A stretch of 64,000 nt of DNA, from the NCBI GenBank assembly GCA_903813345.2, contig CAIIXF020000001.1:18910001-18974000 (forward strand). The letters are read 5' to 3'. Both the position numbers and the translations under genes were made by a program. Of this stretch, positions 1 through 11,800 are shown in pieces; the first letter of the stretch is position 1; each line of letters starts with the position of its first letter. The notes under the pieces were generated by a model. It saw nothing but the letters and a program-made list of their open reading frames with translations, made no database searches and was not told the DNA's origin. Source of the stretch: Owenia fusiformis. Its lineage: Eukaryota.

Positions 1-73
1 TGAGAGATTAGAGATATTTTTCAGTCTTGGTGTGTACAATCACAAAATCAACTAGAAGTGGCTACTACAGTAC

Positions 74-1540
74 CTTTACAACAGCCAATGTAAAGAAAAA
101 GTTCCAATGGACCCCATATTCTGATACATGTTCCTGGTAATCTGTTGACTTCACTGACAACAATCTCACCAAGCCCAGAAGTATCAATGGACTGCATGAC
201 TTGATGGACCTCAGCAAACTTGATAATGCTGACCCCACTGAACTGAAATAAGAGATGAACATGTACATGAAAAAAAACATCAAGCGTTTGCTTTGAATGG
301 CAACTTCATGACATGATCTAAGGAAATTTAAGATGACAAACACTCTTGAAAATTTAGATTAGACATCGAAGAACAATTATGTAAATAAGCTGTGGTAATA
401 AAATTCAAATTGTTAAAAATCATTAATTGACGGAACTACATTATAGCCAATTTTACATGTTATAGATGATTCGAAGTACACATTGATTGTTATTTTTTTC
501 TTAAAGTTAAATTCCCTGGTTAAACTGCTGTTTAATATTGCCTCAAATAATAACAAATGAAAAGAGTACATTAATTTGAACAAGCACCTACCTATGTTGG
601 TCATGTTTTCCTTTGGCTTCCCTGCTAACAATGGCGTTAGATATCACAAAAGCTCCGACTCCGACATCCATTAATCCACTTCCATATGTTTCTACTTTGG
701 CAAATCTCCGTGGGTATATTCTAAAATCCACTGCTAGAATTGATATGGCAGTAGCAATGTTTACATAAGCCCTAAAGCCTGAGATGAAGGGCCTGTGTGC
801 TGACAATTTCTTATTTAGAATGTCCAAAGTATTTGTGATTGTTCCTCCATTCTTAGAAGTCTTGTAACTTGTGATGGAGCGGGAAGCTATGAGTATTCCT
901 AATATGAACATGAGCAATGTTGTAAGAATCTGTGTTGTGTGGTCTGCCAGCAGAGTGAAGCATAGCTGAACTGGGAGGATTAGCATGGAGAAGTCAAACA
1001 ACAGCTTCAATCTAAAAATGATATGTAATGTTGCCGATTATATAAATGTACTATAATATGAACAATTATATACTTTCTTTTACTTTAAAACTTATCATGA
1101 TATTAAGTTTATAAAAACACAGTATAATAATTTGTCACCACTTCGTGGTGGTGATATTGAAAGAAATGGTAGAATTGGCTGATTGTTTCTGAAAAATGTT
1201 TTGAAGAATATAGTATTATTAAAGCTATCATGATTATTGTATGCATGCGTGTATATATGTACTCATATAAGGATTGGCATTTTCACAGCTACTGTAGGGC
1301 TGCATATTACATCAGCTTCCAATTATTTCCTCATCAAAAACACTTGTAGAACATTTAAAAAACTTACCCTATAAATGTTTCTGATAGCTGTGATATTCCA
1401 AACCATGCAGATGCAACATCTCTTAGTAGAACAGCAATTGGAGCAGTTGTAACAACCAGGGCAATCTCCCCTACACTTGTTCCAGTACAGTTACTCACAA
1501 ACTCCTCCTTCAATTGCTTGTATAGTGCAGCATCAGCCAT
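74..1540 (-). CDS. PIGW: GPI inositol acyltransferase PIG-W (GWT1 family), 5' part; gene continues past the left edge
   Basis: Exons 1540-1368, 1011-592 and 242-74 with GT-AG ends and matching phases (2,2,0). Translation has [50 protein letters not shown] and [19 protein letters not shown], all hallmark GWT1/PIGW motifs. Confidence 0.95.
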
Positions 1541-2062
1541 ATTGAGTTAAAGATGATAGTTTAACTTTGAGCCTTTTGCATTATTCTTTTTCTGATATCT
1601 AAAAAAAGTATATAACATGTACAAGGTATGTTCAAGCCTTAAGAATCACTTCATTGAAAGATATAGGAATTGATGTCATTCATTTCCATAGATGACTTTT
1701 TATTTGTTTGGCTATTGACATCAATTCTAATGAAACTCATCATGAGTCAAGTGTGTCAATCTTTTACAGAGATAAATTGTTGCAGAGCGAGTCATTTAGC
1801 CTGTGCATCAATCAAACCTAAAAATAAGCAATCAAAATACCACAGTAAAATTAAAAGTAGATGGAAAAATACATTCATATTTTCAATGCAAAACATTTGC
1901 ATATTTTGGATTGCCTGTGGTTTTGCTAACATATGAGTGATCTATTATATTTTTCTTTTTTCTTTTCATAAACTTTGCCCAGTTTAAGCAGTTTCACTTT
2001 CATTTTTCTTTCATGTATTCTCCCTTTTAATTGGCTCCCCAAAGGTAAAAGAAATTTCGAAG

Positions 2063-3100
2063 CAAATGCGTGACATATACGTAATTCCCGTGAAATTTCC
2101 AAACAAAATCCGTTCGCTTTTTTCGACATTTTTTTTTATGAATTGGCATTCATTTTTTGAACTTTTACAGAAAAACTTTTGCTTGACAATAATCAGGTAA
2201 AATGCGTATTTGCACGACATATTCTGTCACGCAAAAAGCTGGCGTGAATTCAATTTCTTCAGCAAACACGTGACAAATTGCGGGACAGTTGGACAGTAGA
2301 ACTTCTAGAAGAAGTGAGTACATGTAGGTCCTTAGAGATTTCAGATTAGAATTCAGACCAACCAGCTGCATGCCTAACCCAGGCTTACTCGAGTCTCTAG
2401 CTTACAGCTAGACGAAACTTCATTGATTTCGTATGTACTGTGCTATACGCACCTACACGCACCTAGAACTCATTTTTAATAAATTTTATAAATATTTTTA
2501 AGAATATTAATCATATTTAGGGTGAAGCGTTGCTTGTCTGGATTTAGATATTTCAAAATTTCATTTCGGAGTTTGACACATGGTGAAATTTTCTCGCTGT
2601 AGCTAAAAATGGCTTCCGGTTCTGGACGTGAATAACATTTGAAATTATTCTCGCTTAAAGATTCAGACGGGGATGTGAGCTGATGTTCTTCAAATCTATA
2701 CATAAAGGTATATTTCATATTATTATGCCATATTTACTGTGCGTGTGACACAATGATTTACAATATTTATAATACTAAGGCAGCTCAATCTTCCTCCTCA
2801 AAGCCGGAATATAGAGAAGGCTTTGGACCGAAGTAAACCCAGGCCGTCCAACAGTCCCGCAATTTGCGTATTTGTCACGCATTTGCTGGAAAATTTGAAG
2901 TCACGCCAGTTCTTTTTGCGTAACAGAATATGTCACGCAAATACGGTAATACACATTTTAGCTGATTATTGTCAAGCAAAAATATTTCTGTAGAAAAACG
3001 TGTGATCGCCGATACAGCAAAAAACCAAATACCAAAAAAGAACGAACGCATTTCGTTCGGAATTTTCACGCAGATACCGTATAATATGTCACGCATGTTC
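2063..3100. repeat. Inverted pair of about 240-bp transposon-end-like repeats (about 2063-2296 and 2844-3100)
   Basis: caaattgcgggacagttggac (left) is the near reverse complement of gtccaacagtcccgcaatttg (right); ttttgcttgacaataatcag pairs with ctgattattgtcaagcaaaa; other blocks also match. Confidence 0.8.
2300..2840. promoter_or_regulatory. Probable bidirectional promoter and non-coding first exons shared by PIGW and the TRABD-like gene
   Basis: Lies between divergent genes. YY1-like AAAATGGC and ETS-like TTCCGG at about 2606-2618; candidate donors GTAAGC on - (2388) and AG|GTATAT on + (about 2708). Confidence 0.5.
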
Positions 3101-4722
3101 CTCTGAATATTTCGTACCTCAGCAGTGGTACCAGTCCCAGACTGAATGATCTAGATATATAGTCTAGTTTCACGATATGTAGGAAATGTAGGCTACACTG
3201 AAAAAAAAAATTAAAAAAATATTTAAGAATCTATCAAATTTTTCCAAAACATAAATATTTCTTACTCAATAAACATAACTTACTCACTAAACATAGCTTA
3301 TATGATGCGTTGATATTTATGAACAACAAATGGTGTCAATCTTCTTCAATATCACCACATAAAATGCTTAATTTCAGTGAAAAAAGGAGAAACACTTTTA
3401 TTTCTAGGTTTTTCATTTGAAGAGCTCTGATTTTGAAGAGTGAGCGACCCCAAAAGATTTTCAGTCAGATTTCTAATTCCAGGTAAAATAAGGTAAATTG
3501 TTGAATTACTAGTTTTCTTAGGCAGTCAGGATAGAAAATGAAGTTCTTAATCATAGAAACTAAAGTTGTTCAGCCACTCAGGTCAACTACATGGAAAATG
3601 GCTAAAAGTGTCAAGTACAGTCTCGTTTTTTGATTTTTTGAAACTCTGAAGTGAAAATTCAAGTTGAAGCCACTTCATAAACTTGTCTTCTTGGCCATCT
3701 CTCACACCATTGTTCTCTCCATAGGCACCAGCACAGCTCACATGCCCCAGAAAGCATAGCAAGCAGATCTTCTTATTAGTTGTTCAGAACTCGGGCTTTA
3801 GATCGTTCTAATCCGACTGCTAAAAGGTGGCGATACTGGTGCCTGTGGCACAGCTAGTAGAATTTGGAAAATGAAGAATGATAATCCACATACCCCACTC
3901 TGTGTATTCACTTGCACCCCTCACTCTTGCTACATTTTTATGGGATAGGAGATTGGGGTTGGATTCTCATTTCAGTCCACAGAGGCTGACCAGACCAATT
4001 TGTAGTAGTGTCAAAAGCTCAACAAATATACCTGGAATATTTATTGAGCTTCTGATCCCTCACTTCAAAAGAATCTTGCCGGCATCTGTGTTTTGGTCAA
4101 TTCTTATCTAATCTAGATTTGTACTTGATTGATGAATGTGTAATGTCTGTCATTTCACTGATTATTACCATCTCTGTTTTAGAGGCTGTCATCTCATTTT
4201 CTAAGTCAGACCAATCAATCATGTACCCGATTTTTTGTTACCCATCATCTGAATAGTAGGATATGTAATTTCTAAAAGATCGGAATGACATGTAACAACC
4301 TCAAATTGAGGTCAGGAGGTGATGGCCCATGCAGTGAGATCTCCTATTCTATAACATGATGTGTTGTTATTTATTTGTAAAAAATGTATTTTCATGTTTA
4401 ATTGTTAATGCCTTGTGTTAAATGTAAGTTGATGGTTATGTACCCCATGACCAAGTTCTTTTACCATTTTGTCTGCCTGAGGTCAAATAGGAAATTCATG
4501 AGATCAAAGTCAAATTCCAAAACTGCCTGAAACTTCATCTATGATTGTACTTATATTTATAATTTTCATTTCTATTTTTCAGTTGATGAATGATAGGTGA
4601 CGTAGTACTATAGGGGCATTTCTGATAGAGGCCTTAGCTACTCCATGTTGCAGCATTGGTGCATATATACGCACACATCTTAAATGCAGTCATATTGGTA
4701 ATGCAACAGTACATGTCCAAGC

Positions 4723-7700
4723 ATGAGTTGTATATTGGAGAGTTTACGATGTAACCATATAGCACATTCACATCGAACATTCAAAAAGTCAATATATGAA
4801 CATCCATCTTGCAAGTATCTGCATACGTCACATGTTAGCCTTGCTAAAGAGCCAGCAGTCACCTTTTATGATAACGAAGGAGCTAAGGAAATAGACTACT
4901 ATGAGGTATTTGAGGGCAGTGACAGAAAGGGTAAGTGCTTATAGAATCCTTTTATGTTCCAAACAAATATCATCAGGCCCGTAGCCAGGGGGTGGTCGAT
5001 GAGTTTGAGCAATCCCCCTGGCCAAAAATTCTTTCAAAATCATGCAGTTTTTCACCATTCTTCTTCTTCGTGATTTGGGCCATTTTTTGTTGATGTTGCA
5101 TCTTATTAAAAATAAACTGAAACTTCTCAATTTAAAATACAAATGTTTTGATAATTGTTTCACGACCATTTTTGTGACATATTGTCATGTGACATATTGA
5201 GATGTTAAGGCCTTCTTTTAGAGAGACTTCGGAAAAGAAAAAGACAGCGGAATCCCCAACTACCAGAATCTGTAACAACAATACAAGTTGAAGATCATGG
5301 AAGTGTTCACATTATGGGCTGTAACCATTTCAGTTCCAAGAGTCAGGGGGATGTTAAATTGGTAAGTTGTTAAATAAAGTCAATTATGAATCAATTTCAA
5401 ATGTAGGTTCTATGTCACCAGGATGAGTGTCTGTAACAAATGGCAGGTGGTGACATTTTGCATGTTAATGCTTTGTTTGCACTTTGAACATCACACTATC
5501 TGTTATATGTTTTCAAATGTCCCTTCCGGTCATTTCAGGTAATGGAGCTTACTCAGCCAGATATTGCAGTGCTGGAGTCAGACAGGCATGGTGTAGAGGA
5601 GGCTACAGAGCTATCCCAAGATGCAACTGTCTCAAGAATGCAACAATTTAGCTTACCTATGTTGATGTTCCAATATATGAAGGTATTTGCATACCCCGAA
5701 TATATATACATTTTTATCCAGATCATGAAAACCATACAAGATAATGTGTGAAGTTTTTATATGACGTGATAATGTCTATTACTGTGCATATAATATGAGA
5801 ATTTTAACTATTGTTGCTATAATATTTTTCATACAGAGAGATTATAAGGAAAAATAACAATTCTTTTTTCAGCAAGGCACATTTGGAGCATTGGGTTACT
5901 TAGAAACTATAAAATTAATACAAAAGTATCAAGTTTTGCCTGGATCAGAATGGAGAACGGCATATAAATGTGTAAGTTAAAATAATATATGTGTCGTGTA
6001 AAAGTGGATAAAATACTCCAGGGGGGGGGGGGGTTCACAGGGTTCAGGCAAACCCCCCTTCTGGCCTAAAATTCTTTCAAAATCATGCAGTTTTCACCAT
6101 TTTGAGCACTTCTCAAGTGATTTTAGCCATATTTGGGCCAAGATTGTCAAATGTGAACCCCCCTGGAAATTTTTGAAAACTGAACCCCACCTCAACAAAC
6201 CCTGGCTACAGGCCTGCAGACATAAACTTCATGTCCAAAATATTTGTTTATTACCCTTTTTCATGTTTCCCCATACAATATTACGACATACATTATTTAC
6301 CATACAATATTTAAGGAATAAATAATGATAGGCCATTCAATATGGTGAAATTCAGCACGAGTTGGACAGAATGTTGTACAAAGCACGAACCGAAGGTGAG
6401 TGCATTTGTACTAACATTCTGTCCAACGAGTGCTGAATTTCACCATATTGAATGGCCTATCATTATTTATTCCGATTCAAACATAAAAATTAGTAAAAGC
6501 CGTGTCTGTGGAACGGGCATGAAGGAAGAATACGCATGCTGTCAAGATTATCCCCGGACAGAGCCCCAGATGTGCAGCTGAGATGTGACGTCACTCAAAA
6601 CAATGCAAATTGCAGATTGAATAGAGCATGGTCGTGCATCTATGGAGAATTAGAGAACGTTCTATATTGGCTATGCTGCATTCTGATTGGTTGAGAAATT
6701 CGAATAGAGCACGGTCATGTTTGAATACTTTATACAATTTTACCACATACAATATTTCCCCATACACTATTTCCACATATTTCCCATACAGTATTACCTC
6801 ATACATTATAACTAATGGGTTATAGGCAGGGACCATACCTGGCTGTGCTGTCCACCTGGGAGACATGCCTGCTGATATTTCTGCTGCTAAGATAAAGGCT
6901 ACTAATCTAGGATGGAAAATAATATGGCACATGTTAAAACATCCAAAGTAAGTTTATTGGAGAATTTGAAAAATAGGAGAAATGTCAAAGTATAAATGAA
7001 TGCTTTAAAATTGTATGTTTATTTCAAATTGCCCATTTTCCTAGTTATTCACTGTTTTGCACAGCAACATATATAATTCAAACATTCCAAGTGTGTCTCA
7101 ATCAGAATATTCCACTGCGTTAGCTTATCAGTAGATCCAGTAAAATTTTATTTTCATAATCGGAGTATAGTGTGGCTAGCTGATGGGACACAGGTACCCC
7201 TGCTGTTTAAATAAGATCATCTGTTAATACATGTAATTTTCAGGTTAACAAGGTCAACCAACAGGTCACAGCTGGCAGAGGATATAGATGGACTTGTTAA
7301 GAAACATGTAACGCCAATTCTGATCCATGAACGAGATCTGTTTCTCACATATAACATAAGAACTGCTGCTCAACTACCCAAACACCTTAAAGGTATGTAC
7401 ATTCTTGAAGAATTCTTTTATCATCCTAGATCCAATAAAGTAAATGCTGTTGAAACTTTTCATAAGTCTTCACATTGAACAATGTTAAATTCAAGGAGAT
7501 GACACATACTTGTATATGCAGGTTTTACAGTACTCTACTTGTTTTTATCCCTTGATTATTTGGCTTTTTGCCTCATTTGGTGAAATTGTGTACCCATCTG
7601 TCTATCTGTCCATCTATAAACAATTTTTTGCACAAATGAAAACTGTTTTTCTTCTGAACTAATGATTTTATACATTTTAAGGGGTCCCGGCTCCTAATTT

Positions 7701-8561
7701 GGCCTCATTTAGTAAAAATCACATTTTTTTCTGTGTGAGGCCAATAAATGGTGTCATTTTGTTAACCCTTGCATGAAACATCAATCGTGACATATCTTCA
7801 CATCCATCGATAATCTCATTATATATTTATTACATTTTCTTGATTTAGGTGTGATTGAAGGGCCAGTAGTTGTAGCTGTTGTAGGTAAAGACCATGTAGC
7901 AGGGATTGTGGAGAGTTGGAACAAACACATAGACATAGACTCACTTTGCAGGTCAGTAAACTACCTTAGACTTTACCATACAATATCTTTATACTCTTTC
8001 CCTTGATCAAAGGGGGTTGTTAGGAGCTCAGAATTTCTGGGTTCTTTTCTCTGATTTCATGGAGTTGGCAATATTCACTGCTCTACAGTTAAGACGAATG
8101 GCACTCTGTTATCAGTCTTAAATATGGTGTTTTTATTTCTAACATGTCATGTCTCATTGGAGTTACATGTAAGCCTCAGTCACATTTGATCTATGGCTAC
8201 CATATGGTGGCTGTAGTTTCCCAAAATTGATAAGGGATATTAAAAGCAGTACAATGTAGATTTTCTATATCGATTTTGTGAAGCTACAGCCGCTGTACAC
8301 CCTCCGTAGAGCAAATGTGACTGAGGCTTTACTTTGAAACATTTGGATCAGAAGGGAATGATCATTCAAGGTAAATTTTACAAAATGGGTTAAGTGTAAT
8401 GTAATTATCATTTCAGGAAACCAAGACCACCATTATTTGGAACAGTATTGAAATGGACTATAGGCATTACTGCAGTAGTGGGGCCTACTTGGATATTTTA
8501 TAGAGCTTTCAAAAATAGACTTACTATAAACAGAATGGAACAACAGTTTAGAGATAGCTGA
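4723..8561 (+). CDS. TRABD: TraB domain-containing protein (TRABD-like, divergent), about 369 aa
   Basis: Exons 4723-4930, 5222-5361, 5539-5682, 5873-5971, 6826-6947, 7244-7392, 7849-7951, 8417-8561 join in frame (1110 nt). Motifs RKRQRNPQLPESVT, VHIMGCNHFS, QPDIAVLE, PGSEWRTA, LGDMP, ERDLFLT, VVAVVGKDHVAGI and a C-terminal hydrophobic anchor match TRABD. AATAAA at about 8732. Confidence 0.88.
6315..6735. mobile_element. Non-autonomous palindromic element (Crypton-like architecture)
   Basis: About 159-bp near-perfect hairpin 6315-6473 centred on ccgaagg, with CTGATTGG at the other end (about 6683). Same layout as the element at 54760-55560. Family assignment is tentative. Confidence 0.5.
8172..8328. 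mobile_element. Short PIF/Harbinger-like MITE
   Basis: TIR agcctcagtcacatttg / caaatgtgactgaggct; flanks gta/tta (imperfect TWA duplication); TIR resembles the 21426 element. Confidence 0.65.
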
Positions 8562-8855
8562 TAACTTGTAGTAATTATTTATTGTTGAATTGTAGAGAAT
8601 TAGAATGACACATAAATGTTGATGTGTATCATTTCTTGACATTCAATTAATCGTGAGTCATTTTTTATCATTAGTTTTAAGCCTGTACGTTGGTTCCTCG
8701 GCCATCGGAAAATGTAAACAGTTTATGATACAATAAACATAAATACATGTTTACAAGTATTGTTCAGATTCCCTCTCTTCCATAAACATAAACTTTACAC
8801 AGAAAATAATATCATCAATACTCAGTCATTGATCTTAATTTAATTTCACGTGTAT

Positions 8856-11800
8856 TTATTGTTGACATTTGCTCCACTGTCGCATGGTGCCATTCTGGTT
8901 TTGGACACTTGTGGGGGCCATCTCTGGTACAACTTCTCCATGTTTCACATTCCTGATGCACCCAGTGAATGATGCAACGATGCTACTGAGTATGCCACTC
9001 TGGAAACAGTTCATCATAGTGTCTCATAAATATAATTATAATATATGACATCATTTGAGCTGTGTACAGTGCAATGTGCTCATTCAACACCTTATTAGAT
9101 AGTAACAGTTTCAAATTCAGGCCCATAGCCAGGATTTGCCAATGGGGGTTCACTTTTTGAAAAATTCCAGGGGGGTTCACTTTTGACAATTTCGGTTCAA
9201 AAATGGCCAAAATCACTTAATAAGTGCTCAGAATGATGAAAAACTGCATTATTTTGAAAGAATCTTTGGCAAGGGGGAGGTTCTCTCGAACCCCCCCCCC
9301 CCCCCTGGCTCCGGGCCTGGAATTAATCCACCGTTTTACACATTCCTTACTTGATTAGTTGTCAGCTTGGCTGCTCCAACAGTTGCCTTGTTGAAGATCT
9401 CTTGGCATGATCCATGGGTAGTTTCACTGTCCTGCATGTTCTCTGAGGCGCCATTCAACATCCTCCAGTCAAGTGGAACTGAGATCTACAAATATGGAAA
9501 ATAATTGAAGATGATGATTACCCAGTCCCAGATGCAATGAATTAACTTAGATTTTCTGATTTACCAGTTCCTGATTTACTTTTTTAAAGTTACATCTCAT
9601 AATGTGACATCAAACTAATTGCACCATTAGTGTTTTGTGGAACTGTTTGCAATTTGGTGGTCGGAAGAACTGAAATTTCTCAATGGATTAAACCAACTCT
9701 AATGGGCAGATATTAAAGTGCCACAATGAGAATCGACGATGTCCCAAATGAACAAAAGAATCACCAAACATTTGAATTTATGACAGAAGAAAATGATGTT
9801 TACCAGGTAAAAACTGATCTGTTGATAATCATCAAGATAGCCCCTAATCATAAAGAACATAGGGAAATTATAAGGAATACATGGGGAGTCAATTGTGAAA
9901 TGAATGGATTTAGTATAAGTCGTATATTTCTATTGGTTGACGGTGGCTCAAAAAGTGTAAATGAAGCAATTCAAAATGAAAGCAGAATTCACAGATATAT
10001 ATATACAACATGACTTCTTAATAGATACATATAGGAACCTTACATTTAAAGCATTGATGGGCTTAAAGTGGGGGACAAATGCCTGCAAAAAACAACATAT
10101 ATCCTGAACACTGAGGACAATGTATTTGTTAACATTCCTTTAGTTATTGAACTCATTATTAAGGAGTTAGAATCGAGTGGAAAACTCCAAAATCACCTAT
10201 TTTGTCATATTAATGTTAAGGTACAACCGATTAGAAAACCTAAAATTAAGTGGTACGGTATGTCCCGAAAATGGAGTATAAACATGGCATGTATATCCCA
10301 ATTATTGTCTCGGAAATGCTGTCTTGTACACAAGACATGTTGCCCTTGCAATTCTCAAAGCATCTTTGACTCCACCTTTTTTCTGGCCTTGGATAGATGA
10401 TGTATATGTTACAGGAGTTTTGGCAGCTAAAGCTGGAGTACACCATACTCACAAAAAGAATTTAAAAAAAAAGTTTCAACTATGCATGTCTAATCAAAAG
10501 AAATGTATGGCGATTGAAGTGGATAATATTTACACTTTGGAAAACCATATACTATAACATAATTAAGAAAATATTCTATCTAGAGGGGATTTTATTGTTT
10601 ATGTAATGCTGCTTTGTTTTAGTACCAATAACATAATAGGTTGTACGGTGGTGGGGGAAAATTTTGTCATTAGGTGTCCTTATACTGAATGTTAAAACCC
10701 TCCAAACTTGTAGCAACTGATAAGGTTCTGGTAAAATTCAAAACACCGAATTTGCCTTTCCAGTTGCCAACCTTATGGAGGGGGACGTAGTTTTACTCGT
10801 ACCTCATGCCATTCTCCATCATCGTATCGTGTGTTGGATTGTTTAAAGATTATTTCCTTCTCTCCACAGTTTGCCATATAGACAAGTCTTCCTTCCTTCA
10901 GTGCTACAATTATCACACCTTTAGCTTCTGTTGTATGGAAGGCAACAATCGACCCATCTGCCACTGTTGTTTTAAATTCAAGACCAAAAACTCGACTAAA
11001 AAGAGAATTTGAATGAATATTCATTATTGTAATGATCCAGAATGCACAAAAGGAAAATTTGAAATTCTATACTATATGCATATTATATGCCCCTAATCAT
11101 AAAGAACATAGGGAAATTATAAGGAATACATGGGGAGTCAATTGTGAAATGAATGGATTTAGTATAAGTCGTATATTTCTATTGGTTGACGGTGGCTCAA
11201 AAAGTGTAAATGAAGCAATTCAAAATGAAAGCAGAATTCACAGATATATATATACAACATGACTTCTTAATAGATACATATAGGAACCTTACATTTAAAG
11301 CATTGATGGGCTTAAAGTGGGGGACAAATGCCTGCAAAAAACAACATATATCCTGAACACTGAGGACAATGTATTTGTTAACATTCCTTTAGTTATTGAA
11401 CTCATTATTAAGGAGTTAGAATCGAGTGGAAAACTCCAAAATCACCTATTTTGTCATATTAATGTTAAGGTACAACCGATTAGAAAACCTAAAATTAAGT
11501 GGTACGGTATGTCCCGAAAATGGAGTATAAACATGGCATGTATATCCCAATTATTGTCTCGGAAATGCTGTCTTGTACACAAGACATGTTGCCCTTGCAA
11601 TTCTCAAAGCATCTTTGACTCCACCTTTTTTCTGGCCTTGGATAGATGATGTATATGTTACAGGAGTTTTGGCAGCTAAAGCTGGAGTACACCATACTCA
11701 CAAAAAGAATTTAAAAAAAAAGTTTCAACTATGCATGTCTAATCAAAAGAAATGTATGGCGATTGAAGTGGATAATATTTACACTTTGGAAAACCATATA

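Noticed and set aside
5837-5872. Upstream acceptor at 5836 for TRABD exon 4
   Set aside because: Gives an in-frame TAA; the acceptor at 5872 keeps the frame.
4723-8561. Tiki (TRABD2) Wnt protease
   Set aside because: No secretory signal peptide or LFGTIH motif; the sequence matches the TRABD branch.
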